64,000 bases of DNA from Bacteroidales bacterium UBA755 (GCA_002297815.1 DBKH01000101.1:10454-74453), one strand, 5' to 3'. Numbered from the stretch's first letter, positions 1 to 9,945 are shown. Translations and numbers: made by a program. The notes: generated from the sequence alone by a model not told the origin.

Positions 1-2430
1 GTCCGCTACACCGACGCGCAGATCGTGGACCTCATAATGAATGAATATAAGGGGAAGAAGTGCTACCTTCTGGCACCATTGGTTGTTGGCCGCAAGGGGC
101 ACTACCGCGAACTTTTCGACCAGCTCCGCAAACGTGGCTACACCGATGTCAGGGTGGACGGGAATATCCTCCCGCTGAACGAAGTCGAGGCTCTGGACCG
201 CTACAAGAGCCATTTCATCGAACTGGTTGTGGACAAGCTCAAGCCTTCGGAAGGGGACGAGAAGCGGGTGCGGGACTCCGTGATGTCAGCCCTGAACCTT
301 GGCAAAGGCTCGGTCGCCCTGCTGGAGTTCGGTTCGGACAAACTCCGCCATTTCTCCAAGCATCTTGTCGATCCGGATTCAGGAATATCCCTACAGGAGC
401 CAGCGCCACACTCTTTCTCATTCAACTCTCCCGAAGGCTACTGTCCTCACTGCAAAGGACTTGGAATGATAGTGGATGTGAATATGGACACGATTATCCC
501 GGACCGTTCCGTCTCGATAGCGGACGGTGGAATAGTTCCGCTGGGGAAGATGCGCGAGACCAAGAAATATGACGTGATCCGCTCCATCGCACGGAAATAC
601 AACTTCTCCCTGTACGATCCCATCGACTCGATCCCAGACGAAGCCATCTCACACATAATCTTCGGAAGTGACGAGATGTTCAGGGTAGGAGAAGGGAATA
701 TGTCCGAGATGGTCACGTTCGACGGAATCGTGGAGGACATCGATGACAAGATCGTGTGTCCTGTCTGCCACGGAACGCGCCTGAACGAGAATGCCCTCTG
801 CTTCAGGATTGACGGCAAGACCATCGCAGAGGTGGCCGCCATGGAGATGACCGAGCTCAAGGCTTGGTTCGCATCCCTGCCGGGGAAGCTGAACACGAGA
901 GAGAACAACATAGCCCGTGACATCCTCAAGGAACTCAACGAAAGGGTTCAGTTCATGCTGGACGTAGGCCTTGACTATCTGTCACTTGACCGCCCTACGG
1001 CTTCGCTTTCCGGAGGTGAGGGCCAAAGAATCAGGCTCGCTACGCAGATTGGCTCCAAGCTCGTCAACGTGCTCTACATTCTTGACGAGCCATCCATTGG
1101 ACTGCACCAAAGGGACAACAGAAAGCTGATCAATTCATTGAAGGAATTAAGGGACGAGGGCAACTCCGTGATGGTCGTGGAGCACGACTACGAGACGATG
1201 ATGAACGCTGACTGGCTGGTGGATGTGGGGCCGGGAGCGGGTGAAAAAGGCGGAAGAATATGTCTGAACGCACCTCTGAAAGCTCTGATGGAATATTCAC
1301 CGGATAACGGGAAAGCGCCGGTGTCGCTGGACAAGGAGACCGCCCGGCACTGCATATTCGGAAAGTCAAAGACTCTGGATTACCTTCAGGGAAAGGATTC
1401 CATTCCGGTACCGTCCGTACGCCGCACAGGAAGCGGCAAGTTCCTCAGCATCAAGGGCGCTCGTGGAAACAACCTGAAGAACGTGTCTGTGGATTTTCCG
1501 CTGGGATGCTTCATCGGAATCAGCGGAGTAAGCGGAAGCGGAAAGTCAACCCTCATCAACGAGACTCTGATGCCGATTCTCAAGAACAAGTTCTACAGGG
1601 CGAAGATGCGTCCTCTGGCTTATGATTCTATTGAGGGAGTCGAAAACATCGATAAGCTGATTGAGATTGACCAGAGTCCGATCGGACGCTCGCCGAGATC
1701 CAACCCTGCGACATTCACCGGCGTGTTCAACGACATACGCAATCTGTTCGCAGACACTCCGGACGCAAAGGTGCGCGGGTTCAAGGCCGGTCGGTTCTCG
1801 TTCAACGTGGCCGGTGGCCGTTGCGAGGCCTGTAAGGGGGCCGGAATCAAGGTCATCGAGATGAACTTCCTGCCGTCTGTCAATGTGCTCTGCGATGAGT
1901 GCAGGGGAAAGAGGTACAAGGAGGACACTTTGGCAGTGCATTACAAGGGCAAGAGCATCAACGATGTGCTTGAGATGCCAATCAGTGAGGCTTACGAGTT
2001 CTTTAGGCCGATTCCTGCGATTGCCCAGAAACTGAAGGCGCTTGTGGATGTGGGGCTTGGCTACGTGCATCTCGGTCAGTCAGCCGTGACGCTTTCCGGC
2101 GGTGAGAGTCAGCGTATGAAGCTGGCCGCTGAACTGTTCCGCAAAGCAACCGGCAACACCTTGTACATCCTGGACGAGCCGACGACCGGACTTCATTTCG
2201 AGGACATCAAGGTGCTGCTTAACGTGCTGCAACAACTTGTCGATCAGGGCAACACGGTCATCATCATCGAGCACAATCTGGATGTCTTGAAGAGCGTGGA
2301 TTATCTCTTCGACCTCGGTCCAGACGGTGGTCGCAGAGGTGGCCAGATCGTCGCCCAAGGCACCCCCGAAGACCTCGCCCGAAATCCATCCTCCGTCACT
2401 GGGCCGTTCCTCAAGGAGATTCTCGGCTAG
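1..2430 (+). CDS. uvrA: Excinuclease ABC subunit A (5' end outside window)
   Basis: Frame open from base 1. Two ABC signatures (LSGGEGQRIRLATQIGS, LSGGESQRMKLA), Walker A GVSGSGKS, and Zn fingers CPHCKG, CPVCHG and CEACKG..CDECRG. Confidence 0.98.
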   Translation, partial: VRYTDAQIVDLIMNEYKGKKCYLLAPLVVGRKGHYRELFDQLRKRGYTDVRVDGNILPLNEVEALDRYKSHFIELVVDKLKPSEGDEKRVRDSVMSALNLGKGSVALLEFGSDKLRHFSKHLVDPDSGISLQEPAPHSFSFNSPEGYCPHCKGLGMIVDVNMDTIIPDRSVSIADGGIVPLGKMRETKKYDVIRSIARKYNFSLYDPIDSIPDEAISHIIFGSDEMFRVGEGNMSEMVTFDGIVEDIDDKIVCPVCHGTRLNENALCFRIDGKTIAEVAAMEMTELKAWFASLPGKLNTRENNIARDILKELNERVQFMLDVGLDYLSLDRPTASLSGGEGQRIRLATQIGSKLVNVLYILDEPSIGLHQRDNRKLINSLKELRDEGNSVMVVEHDYETMMNADWLVDVGPGAGEKGGRICLNAPLKALMEYSPDNGKAPVSLDKETARHCIFGKSKTLDYLQGKDSIPVPSVRRTGSGKFLSIKGARGNNLKNVSVDFPLGCFIGISGVSGSGKSTLINETLMPILKNKFYRAKMRPLAYDSIEGVENIDKLIEIDQSPIGRSPRSNPATFTGVFNDIRNLFADTPDAKVRGFKAGRFSFNVAGGRCEACKGAGIKVIEMNFLPSVNVLCDECRGKRYKEDTLAVHYKGKSINDVLEMPISEAYEFFRPIPAIAQKLKALVDVGLGYVHLGQSAVTLSGGESQRMKLAAELFRKATGNTLYILDEPTTGLHFEDIKVLLNVLQQLVDQGNTVIIIEHNLDVLKSVDYLFDLGPDGGRRGGQIVAQGTPEDLARNPSSVTGPFLKEILG

Positions 2431-2448
2431 GAAAAGTGTAGATTTGCA

Positions 2449-2676
2449 TTGCTAGGAGGCCATGGCGGCCTACGCGCTACGCGCGCCCTATCCGGGTGAA
2501 GGGCCGCCATGGCCTCCTAGCAACACCAACGCGCAAGCAAAAGTATTTACTTCATTAATTATCAATACGTGGCAAGTAATGTGCTTATTTCTACATAGTT
2601 AGCACTTCGCCTTTGGTTCAAACCACCTAAGACAAGCCGCTAAAATATTCATTTTCAATAGTTTATAAATCACGCC
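2449..2676. repeat. Family A repeat element, copy 1 (Y-hairpin plus AT-rich tail)
   Basis: 22-bp perfect stem ttgctaggaggccatggcggcc/ggccgccatggcctcctagcaa. Loop nearly identical to the copies at 3210 and 17931; tail ends tttataaatcacgcc as in copy 2. Confidence 0.85.
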
Positions 2677-2724
2677 CTATATTCCCGTCCTCTTTGTGGA
2701 GGTCGGACAGCAGTAAAGCGAATC

Positions 2725-2763
2725 AAAAAAAAAGACTTCCGACTGTGTTCAGCCGGAAGTCTT
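2725..2763 (-). terminator. Intrinsic terminator on minus strand
   Basis: aagacttccg..cggaagtctt stem preceded by an A-run on + (U-tail on -). Confidence 0.6.
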
Positions 2764-2790
2764 GTAATTTAATGAGTGTGATGAAGTTCG

Positions 2791-2907
2791 CTATTCAGTA
2801 TATGCTGTGCCGCCATTGATAGTCGCACCTTCTTCATGGGCAACTTTATAATCAGCTACGCCAGAAGCTAACTGATTATTAACAAAATTCACTGTATTTA
2901 TGATAAC
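2791..2907 (-). pseudogene. Possible 3' remnant of a gene
   Basis: Start-less frame VIINTVNFVNNQLASGVADYKVAHEEGATINGGTAYTE* ends just before the minus-strand terminator. Confidence 0.3.
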
Positions 2908-2936
2908 TCAGAAGAAATGAAAGGCACAACTTAACC

Positions 2937-3011
2937 GAAAAGTGTAGATTGGCGTTGCGAAATTTCATGGAAAAGTGTAGATATGCGTTGCGGAAATTTA
3001 TAGAAAAGTGT
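2937..3011. repeat. 33-bp tandem repeat (gaaaagtgtagat..gcgttgcg), with a further copy at 2431-2452
   Basis: Units start at 2937, 2970 and 3003 (partial). Confidence 0.8.
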
Positions 3012-3018
3012 TAATGAG

Positions 3019-3156
3019 ATGTTATATAGGAAGATAGGGAGTCAAATAGAGGATCAAGTCCAACAGTATGTGTTTAAGCATATATCTTTGATAGCCTGTA
3101 CAGGAATATACTTAATATCTGGAACTCCTCTGAGTTGTGCCGGAAAGACTTCTTAA
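3019..3156 (+). pseudogene. Possible N-terminal remnant of an AAA_14/DUF4143-type ATPase gene
   Basis: Begins MLYRKIGSQIED, which resembles the N-termini of this family from memory, then loses resemblance and stops after 45 codons. Confidence 0.3.
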
Positions 3157-3209
3157 GAAGCATTGAGTTGCCGGAGGCTGCCACAGGACTGTATTCGTCA
3201 GGAGCCCAG

Positions 3210-3488
3210 TTGCTTGGAGGGCATGGCGGCCTACGCGCTTCGCGCGCCCTATCCGGGTAAAGGGCCGCCATGCCTTCCAAGCAGCAGGGCCAACGCAAGG
3301 TAAAGCATTGTCTGATCCTTCATTTTCATAGGAATTAATGTCTCCCACTCTATGCCTAAACGCAACACGTTCTGTGTCAACGAGTGGTAAAAAATGCATT
3401 AATTATCATATAGTTAACGCTTCGACTTGAGTATCCGCAAAAGACTAGTAGTTAAACTATTTATTAATAATGATTTATAAATCACGCC
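3210..3488. repeat. Family A repeat element, copy 2
   Basis: Stem ttgcttggagggcatggcggcc/ggccgccatgccttccaagcag. The tail aligns by eye over its length with copy 3. Confidence 0.9.
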
Positions 3489-3943
3489 AAGAAGGCCTTT
3501 CTGCTTGTGGCTAGACATTGAGCCGCATCATCAACCTCCGGTCAGGAAACAGACTAAAAGTTGAGAGATAGGACGACAATATTGCCGCGAAGTGCCGTCG
3601 AACTCCTCCATTTGTCGGTTTTGAACGACATTATAGTCTAAGAATGCCGTCCATCCCCTCCGGCACCGGAATGCCAACCTGTATTATTGTACCTTACGGT
3701 CACACGTAAGGGTTCAAGCGGAGACGAGTCCTAATAGCGGTCCACCCGTGCTGATGTCGGTGCTGATTTACGGAACGCCTTCACGTTAAAACCTATCCGA
3801 AGCACCTGAAAGACTCGTTCCCATGAAAATCCGATTCCTTTGCCCTTAGTTTTACAGCCCAGCATAGATTTCACAGGTCCTGATTCGACATGTGACTGGA
3901 AGCCTTTTGTAAGAGTCTCACCTTCTATAATCACTCAGCGCTG

Positions 3944-4026
3944 TTTGTCCAGTGAATTGCGCTCTGGCCGGACAAAGTGCTTGATTTCTGCATTTTGTCC
4001 GGCCAACAAGGCTTTCACCGGACAAA
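3944..4026. repeat. Long imperfect palindrome built from ggacaaa units
   Basis: Outer pair tttgtccagtgaa/ttcaccggacaaa and inner pair tggccggacaaa/tttgtccggcca. Confidence 0.6.
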
Positions 4027-4192
4027 ATATTAAATCAACCGGTGACATGCCATCAGCAAATTACCTCATTAACTGTCAGCGTTGACTTTGATGTTGGCGC
4101 GAGAAATTAATCAGCAAGATCGTCTCCTTTCTTTTACTCAGGGTTTTGGACTAGACATGAAAAAAGAAATGTCATCAGGTTTCGTGGAACAA

Positions 4193-4236
4193 GACGCACC
4201 CTCCTTCAACCCAAGACGGGAGGAGGAGGGTGCGTT
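4193..4236 (-). terminator. Hairpin downstream of the ROK gene
   Basis: gacgcaccctcc..ggagggtgcgtt stem about 40 bp after the stop codon. Confidence 0.5.
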
Positions 4237-4273
4237 AGCATATTCATTTACAAAAGCTTTCGTTCTGAGACAT

Positions 4274-5233
4274 CTATCGCTCCCAGGCCAGGGCGGAGGC
4301 TCCGAGGATGGCAGCATCGGACTCTTTGAGCTGGGAATAGACTAGCTGGACCTTATTCTTCCAAAGAGAGAGAACATTGTCGTTCATCGAACGGAGGATC
4401 GGTTCGGTGAGGAACTCCTTGCTTCTCGCGAGGCCTCCGAAGAGGACTATTGCCTCAGGTGCGGAGAACGCGATGAAGTCAGCGAAAGCTTGGCCGAGGA
4501 GTGTGCCGGTATATTCAAAGATCTTGATTGCAAGGGCATCGCCTTCCTTCGCGGCCTCATAGACATCCTTCGACGTGATGTTGTCAAGGCTGCGGAGAGA
4601 TGATGGTTCATTGCTCATGTCCAGCCACTCGCGGGCGGTTCTGGCGACTCCGATGGCAGAGCAGTAGGTCTCCAGGCATCCGTTTCTACCGCAGTTGCAG
4701 TGGCGGCCATTGTGACGTACAATCGTGGTGTGACCAAGTTCGCCAGCGAACCCATCGTGGCCATAAACCATCTCACCATTGATGACGATTCCGCTTCCTA
4801 CACCGGTGCCGAGGGTGATCATGATGAAATTTTTCATTCCTCTTGCGGCACCGTAGGTCATTTCACCCATCGCAGCAGCGTTGGCATCATTGGTGAGGGT
4901 CACAGGGATTCCTCCCATCGCCTCGGAGAGCATTGCAGCGAAAGGTATGGCACCTGCGCGACCCCAAGAAAGGTTCACGGCATTCTCTACCTCACCTGTG
5001 TAGTAGTTGGCGTTAGGCGCTCCGACTCCAATTCCACGAATTTGGCCTTCGGCATTCGCATCGGTTATGATTTTCTTCAAGGCTGCTGCAAGCTCCTCGA
5101 TATAAGGTTCTACATCGGTGAAATTGTCCGAACGAATCACCGTCTGCGCCAGCACTGTGCCGCGAGCGTCAACCACTCCGCATTTGGTGGTCTGCCCACC
5201 TACATCTATTCCTATTACTAATGTCTGTTCCAT
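4274..5233 (-). CDS. ROK family sugar kinase
   Basis: IGIDVGG ATP motif, NDANAAA, ITLGTGVGSG, and GELGH..CNCG..GCLE Zn motif. No HTH domain. Confidence 0.93.
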   Translation of the reverse strand: MEQTLVIGIDVGGQTTKCGVVDARGTVLAQTVIRSDNFTDVEPYIEELAAALKKIITDANAEGQIRGIGVGAPNANYYTGEVENAVNLSWGRAGAIPFAAMLSEAMGGIPVTLTNDANAAAMGEMTYGAARGMKNFIMITLGTGVGSGIVINGEMVYGHDGFAGELGHTTIVRHNGRHCNCGRNGCLETYCSAIGVARTAREWLDMSNEPSSLRSLDNITSKDVYEAAKEGDALAIKIFEYTGTLLGQAFADFIAFSAPEAIVLFGGLARSKEFLTEPILRSMNDNVLSLWKNKVQLVYSQLKESDAAILGASALAWER

Positions 5234-5286
5234 AATATTTTATGATTAGTCCCGGTAGATTATGTTTTACCGGGACTGATTATCAA

Positions 5287-6573
5287 TTAAGCGGTCTTTT
5301 TTACTTTAGAACCGAAGAGGGCGTACCAGAGAATGTAGGCAACAGCAATGATAACAACAACATAGCTCATAAGGTAGCCTGAGAAATCAGCGACTGCGCC
5401 CTGGATGAGAGGTAAAATTCCACCACCGCAAACCATCACCATGAACAGACCAGAAGCGATTGAGGTGTACTTACCAAGTCCCTCAACAGCGAGGTTGAAG
5501 ATCGCGCCCCACATGACTGATGTGCAGAGACCACAGAGGATGAAGAACATAACTCCGATAGGAATCTCAGCAAGTGAGAACGAAAGCTGCGAGGTGATTG
5601 CAGGGAACTTGACGGTTGTCGTGTCGCCAAGTATCATTCCAAGGAGAAGGAATACGATAGCGACAGTTCCGACAAAGGCAACCATGGCGCGGCTAGAGAC
5701 CTTGCCACCCACGGAAGCGCCTACAAGACGGCCTACGAGCATCAGGAACCAGTACATTCCCACGATGGTTCCGGCCACCGCAGCACTGATGCCAAGTTCT
5801 GGTGTCATTGTCATATACAGATTGACGAAATTAGGAATTCCGACCTCGACTCCGACATACAAGAAGATCGCGATGATTCCAAGAACGAAGTGTCTGAACG
5901 ACAGGGCACCTTTAACATTCTCACTGAGGGAGAGTTTGCTGGAGTCACCGGATACGGCCGTGGCCTCGTGTTCAGGTTCAGGAATCTTAGACACCGCGAT
6001 GATGAGAAACGCAAGCGCGAAGATACCCATGGCAATGAAAAGCGCCGGGTTTGCGTCTGAAATCTGAGTGTCATTGGCCACGTCACCGATGAGGTATCCT
6101 ACAAGGACCGGTACAATAGTGGCGCTTAGCGAATTGCAAGAGCCGCCCCACTGAATGAGCTGGTTGCCTCTGTTGCCACCTCCGCCAAGGGTGTTGAGCA
6201 TAGGGTTGACAACCGTGTTGAGCATACACATCGAGAAACCGGAAACGAATGCACCGAGAATATAGACAGCGAAACTGCCGGCGACTCCTGAGAGGAATGT
6301 GATGCCGACTCCGATGAAACCTACGGTCACGGCCGCAAGAGCGGTGAACTTGTAGCCTTTCTTGGACAGAATCATGCCGGCTGGCAGACCCATGAACGCA
6401 TAGGCGATGAAGTTGGCGGCATTACCCAGCTGGGACATGAAGTTTGACGCTGCAAACTGCTGCTTTACAATGACTCCGAACGGATTTTGGAATCCAGTCA
6501 CAAAGGAGATCATCGCAAACAGGAAGAACATGATCACAATAGCGAAAATGTTACCTTGTTGTTTTTTTTCCAT
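5287..6573 (-). CDS. MFS sugar transporter (FucP/GluP-like)
   Basis: About 12 hydrophobic segments; motifs NTVVNP, FLYVGVEVG and TSVMWGAIF. Confidence 0.9.
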   Translation of the reverse strand: MEKKQQGNIFAIVIMFFLFAMISFVTGFQNPFGVIVKQQFAASNFMSQLGNAANFIAYAFMGLPAGMILSKKGYKFTALAAVTVGFIGVGITFLSGVAGSFAVYILGAFVSGFSMCMLNTVVNPMLNTLGGGGNRGNQLIQWGGSCNSLSATIVPVLVGYLIGDVANDTQISDANPALFIAMGIFALAFLIIAVSKIPEPEHEATAVSGDSSKLSLSENVKGALSFRHFVLGIIAIFLYVGVEVGIPNFVNLYMTMTPELGISAAVAGTIVGMYWFLMLVGRLVGASVGGKVSSRAMVAFVGTVAIVFLLLGMILGDTTTVKFPAITSQLSFSLAEIPIGVMFFILCGLCTSVMWGAIFNLAVEGLGKYTSIASGLFMVMVCGGGILPLIQGAVADFSGYLMSYVVVIIAVAYILWYALFGSKVKKTA

Positions 6574-6620
6574 TTGTAAGATGTTTTATGTTATCGAAAA
6601 TAATTTCGTGGCATATTCCA

Positions 6621-6710
6621 CAAATTTAGCAAATTAATTTCAAATTTGACCGAATGGCTTTAAAAATCCATTCATCGGAATGGCCTTTAATAAGATTATT
6701 GCTAAATTTG
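6621..6710. promoter_or_regulatory. Back-to-back Bacteroidetes -7 boxes (TAAATTTG) with repeated GAATGG motifs between them
   Basis: TAAATTTG at 6703-6710 (+) and 6621-6628 (-); GAATGG at 6652, 6668 (inverted) and 6678. Confidence 0.6.
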
Positions 6711-6729
6711 AGAATTGATATTCATGAAT

Positions 6730-7839
6730 ATGAAAACCTTAATTGACGTTAATGCACATCTGCACACACCGTACTCGTTCAGTGCCTTCAAAGACGTGAG
6801 GCAGGCTCTTGACATGGCAGCAGCCGAAGGGGTCGGAGTGGTGGGAATCAACGACTTCTACAGTCTGGACGGCTATAGGGAATGGAATGACGAATGCGCT
6901 GCAAGGCATCTTTACCCTCTTTTCAACATCGAGTTCATCTCTCTCAATAGCGAAGACCAGGCGGCAGGGCTGAGGGTCAACGACCCGAACAACCCAGGAC
7001 GCACCTACCTTAGCGGAAAAGGGTTGGTTTACCCAGTGATTCTCAGCGGGAAAGAGGCTCAGATGCTTACCGATGTGAGGGCTGAGTCAAACGCGCAGGT
7101 CGAGAGAATGTGCGCAAAACTCAACGCCCATCTGAATGCGGTCAAGGCGGGGCTCAACATTGATTTCGGACAGGTTGTCAAGGATCTTACGAGAGGAGCC
7201 GTTCGTGAGCGACACCTTGCGAAAGCCCTTAGGATGGCCGTTGACTCAAAGGCTGACGCGATTGAGGACAGGCTTGCTCTCTACGAAAGAATTTTCGAAG
7301 GGCAACCGTTGAAATCCGCTCCGGACAACGAGGCAACGGTGGAGAACGAGATCAGAAGCAAGCTGCTCAAGGCCGGAGGCGCGGCTTTCGTGCCGGAGGA
7401 TCCGAAGGCGTTCCTGCCGATGGAGACTGTCTGTCAGATCATTAAGGCAGCGGGCGGAATCCCGACATACCCGTTCCTTGCGGATGATGCCAAGGGCAAT
7501 TTCACAGACTTCGAGGGTGATCTCCAGAAAGCAGCTGACACGCTGAAAAAGCGTGGGATCAAATCGGTGGAATTCATCACGACACGCAACACGACTGCCG
7601 TGCTTGAGGAATATTCAGGCTACCTCCATGACGAAGGATTCATCGTCACTTTCGGTTCGGAGCACAACACCCCGGCGCTGGAGCCTATCCGTCTGCGCAC
7701 ACGCGACAACGCTGAAGGCTTAAGCGGGAAACTGCGCGAGACCAACTACCGCGGAGCCTGCGCGGTCGCTGCCCATCAGGCGGGACTTGACTCCATCGAG
7801 GCGGGAGACGAACTGATCCGCAAGACATTAGGAATTTAG
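6730..7839 (+). CDS. PHP-domain metallo-phosphoesterase-like protein
   Basis: NAHLHTPYS, GINDF, NIE, ERH and GSEHN metal-binding motifs. Start could be 6724. Confidence 0.8.
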   Translation: MKTLIDVNAHLHTPYSFSAFKDVRQALDMAAAEGVGVVGINDFYSLDGYREWNDECAARHLYPLFNIEFISLNSEDQAAGLRVNDPNNPGRTYLSGKGLVYPVILSGKEAQMLTDVRAESNAQVERMCAKLNAHLNAVKAGLNIDFGQVVKDLTRGAVRERHLAKALRMAVDSKADAIEDRLALYERIFEGQPLKSAPDNEATVENEIRSKLLKAGGAAFVPEDPKAFLPMETVCQIIKAAGGIPTYPFLADDAKGNFTDFEGDLQKAADTLKKRGIKSVEFITTRNTTAVLEEYSGYLHDEGFIVTFGSEHNTPALEPIRLRTRDNAEGLSGKLRETNYRGACAVAAHQAGLDSIEAGDELIRKTLGI

Positions 7840-7884
7840 GAATATGCCGGTTCGGCAAACAGAACACATAACTAAGACACGAAT

Positions 7885-9945
7885 ATGAAACAGATTGATG
7901 ACCTTATCGCGATTTCACGGAAGTTCGGGCAGGACTCCAGATTCGTGATAGCCGGAGGTGGCAACACCTCCTACAAAAATGAGGATAAGCTTTGGGTGAA
8001 GGCCAGTGGCCATGCACTCGCAACGATAACTGAGGACGGATTTGCTGTTCTTGACAGAAGCCTTCTGAACCCGATGGGCGAAAAGGCTTACAGTGATGAC
8101 ACGGTGCTCCGTGAGGAGCAGGTCAAGAATGACCTCGCGATCGCCTGCATCACAAAGGACAGGAGGCCATCAGTGGAGACATCCCTGCACAACTGCATGG
8201 GCTTCGCCTTCGTGGTGCACCTCCACCCTACCCTTGTCAACGGCCTGATGTGCTCGGTGAACGCTGAGTCTGCCTGCAAGGAACTCTTCCCGGAAGCCAT
8301 TTACATTGAATATACTGACCCTGGCTACACGCTTTTCAAGAAAGTCTATGACAGGATAAAGGCTTACAAGGCAGCCAACGGCAAGGAGCCGCAGGTGATA
8401 TTCCTCCAGAATCACGGAATATTCGTGGGCGGGGACACAACGGTGGAGATTGAGGGAATATATTCAGAAATCATTGAGAAACTTGAAGGCAAGGTCGCTG
8501 CTCTTCCAGAGGGAGACACCGCTGTTTCTGAGACCGTCTCGGATGTCGTTCCGGCGATTCGGCAGATGCTCTCACGCTCCGGCAGGGGCTACAAGACATT
8601 GAAAATCACCAAGAATGCTCTTGTAGACTTCTTCATTGACGGTCGTTCAGTCACTTCGACAAGCTCAGTGACCGACCAACAACTGGTCGCTGAGCCTGCG
8701 GTTCGACAGAGCTCACCAACCATCGAAGCGACCATTCGTCCAAGCGAATCCGGTTTCGACAAGATCGCGAAGCCATTCACACCGGACATCATCGTGTACT
8801 GCAAGAGCGCCTACATATTCATTGACGCTGTGTCGGAAGATGAGATTCTGAAGCAGGCGGAAGAGAAGATCGAGGCTTTTGTCAGCGAAAGGGGCTACAC
8901 GCCTAAGGTTCTGCTGATCAAGGGAATCGGTCTCGTGGCCGTGGGAGACAACGCCAAGAACGCCAAGATCATCACCGATGTGTTCACCGATGCGATGAAG
9001 GTTGCGTTCTTCGCACAGAATTTCGGTGGAGAACATCCGATGGAACAGGCTTGGATTGACTTCATCGACAACTGGGAGGTTGAGAATTACCGCCGCAAGG
9101 TCGCGGCAGGCTCGTCCAAAGGCCGTGTGGAAGGCCGTACGATCATCGTGACCGGAGCCGCTCAAGGATTCGGGGAAGGCATCGCCCGCGAACTGATGGC
9201 GCAGGGTGCCAACATCGTGGTCGCTGACCTCAACGAGGCGACCGGTGAGAAGACCGCTGCAAGCTTCAACGAGAAGGCCGGAGCCAACAAGGCCATATTC
9301 GTAAAGACTAATGTCGCAGACATGGAAAGCCTCCATAACCTGATGAGGGAGACCATCTTGAATTTCGGTGCGCTGGACGCGTTCGTCAGCAACGCTGGAG
9401 TGGTCCGCGCTGGTGGATTGGACGTGATGACTCCGGAGAACTTCGAATTCGTCACCAAGATCAACTACGAAGCCTACTTCTTCTGCGCCAAGGTCGCCTC
9501 TCACATCATGAAGATCGAGACAAAGTACGATCCTGAATATTTCGCTGACATCATCCAGGTCAACAGCAAGAGCGGACTGCGCGGCAGCAAGGCCAATTTC
9601 GCCTACGCTGGCGGCAAATTCGGAGGAATAGGTCTGACCCAGTCCTTCGCCCTTGAACTTGCTCCTTACAGGGTGAAAGTAAACAGCATCTGCCCCGGCA
9701 ACTACTACGACGGACCGCTTTGGAGCAATCCGGAGAACGGGTTGTTCATCCAATACCTCAACGCAGGGAAGGTCCCGGGAGCAAAGACGGTACAGGATGT
9801 GAAAGATTACTACCTCGCCCAGGTGCCAATGCGTAAGGGCTGCACCCCTGTGGATGTCTGCAAGGCCATTCTCTACGCCATCGACCAGACCGGAGAGACA
9901 GGGCAAGCGATCCCTGTGACGGGCGGGCAGGTTATGCTGGCATAA
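7885..9945 (+). CDS. Class II aldolase / short-chain dehydrogenase fusion (SDR resembles sorbitol-6-phosphate dehydrogenase)
   Basis: N-terminal GGGNTS..PSVETSLH..HLHP..QNHG. C-terminal TGAAQGFG, NAG, NSKSG, YAGGK and CPGN. Confidence 0.85.
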   Translation: MKQIDDLIAISRKFGQDSRFVIAGGGNTSYKNEDKLWVKASGHALATITEDGFAVLDRSLLNPMGEKAYSDDTVLREEQVKNDLAIACITKDRRPSVETSLHNCMGFAFVVHLHPTLVNGLMCSVNAESACKELFPEAIYIEYTDPGYTLFKKVYDRIKAYKAANGKEPQVIFLQNHGIFVGGDTTVEIEGIYSEIIEKLEGKVAALPEGDTAVSETVSDVVPAIRQMLSRSGRGYKTLKITKNALVDFFIDGRSVTSTSSVTDQQLVAEPAVRQSSPTIEATIRPSESGFDKIAKPFTPDIIVYCKSAYIFIDAVSEDEILKQAEEKIEAFVSERGYTPKVLLIKGIGLVAVGDNAKNAKIITDVFTDAMKVAFFAQNFGGEHPMEQAWIDFIDNWEVENYRRKVAAGSSKGRVEGRTIIVTGAAQGFGEGIARELMAQGANIVVADLNEATGEKTAASFNEKAGANKAIFVKTNVADMESLHNLMRETILNFGALDAFVSNAGVVRAGGLDVMTPENFEFVTKINYEAYFFCAKVASHIMKIETKYDPEYFADIIQVNSKSGLRGSKANFAYAGGKFGGIGLTQSFALELAPYRVKVNSICPGNYYDGPLWSNPENGLFIQYLNAGKVPGAKTVQDVKDYYLAQVPMRKGCTPVDVCKAILYAIDQTGETGQAIPVTGGQVMLA
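8654..8733. repeat. Family C REP-like inverted pair, in frame within the CDS, with a nested 24-bp insert
   Basis: cttcgacaagctcagtgacc ... ggtcgctgagcctg[cggttcgacagagctcaccaacca]tcgaag. Confidence 0.85.

Noticed and set aside
2937..3011. Possible CRISPR array
   Set aside because: Units are contiguous 33-mers with no unique spacers, and there are no cas genes in the window.
3731..4345. Short ORFs in the intergenic mosaic
   Set aside because: They run through palindromic repeats, have no recognisable motifs and overlap each other.
8713..9906. 397-aa antisense ORF (also 20061-21038 and similar)
   Set aside because: Shadow frames opposite well-supported genes, expected from codon bias; no recognisable motifs.
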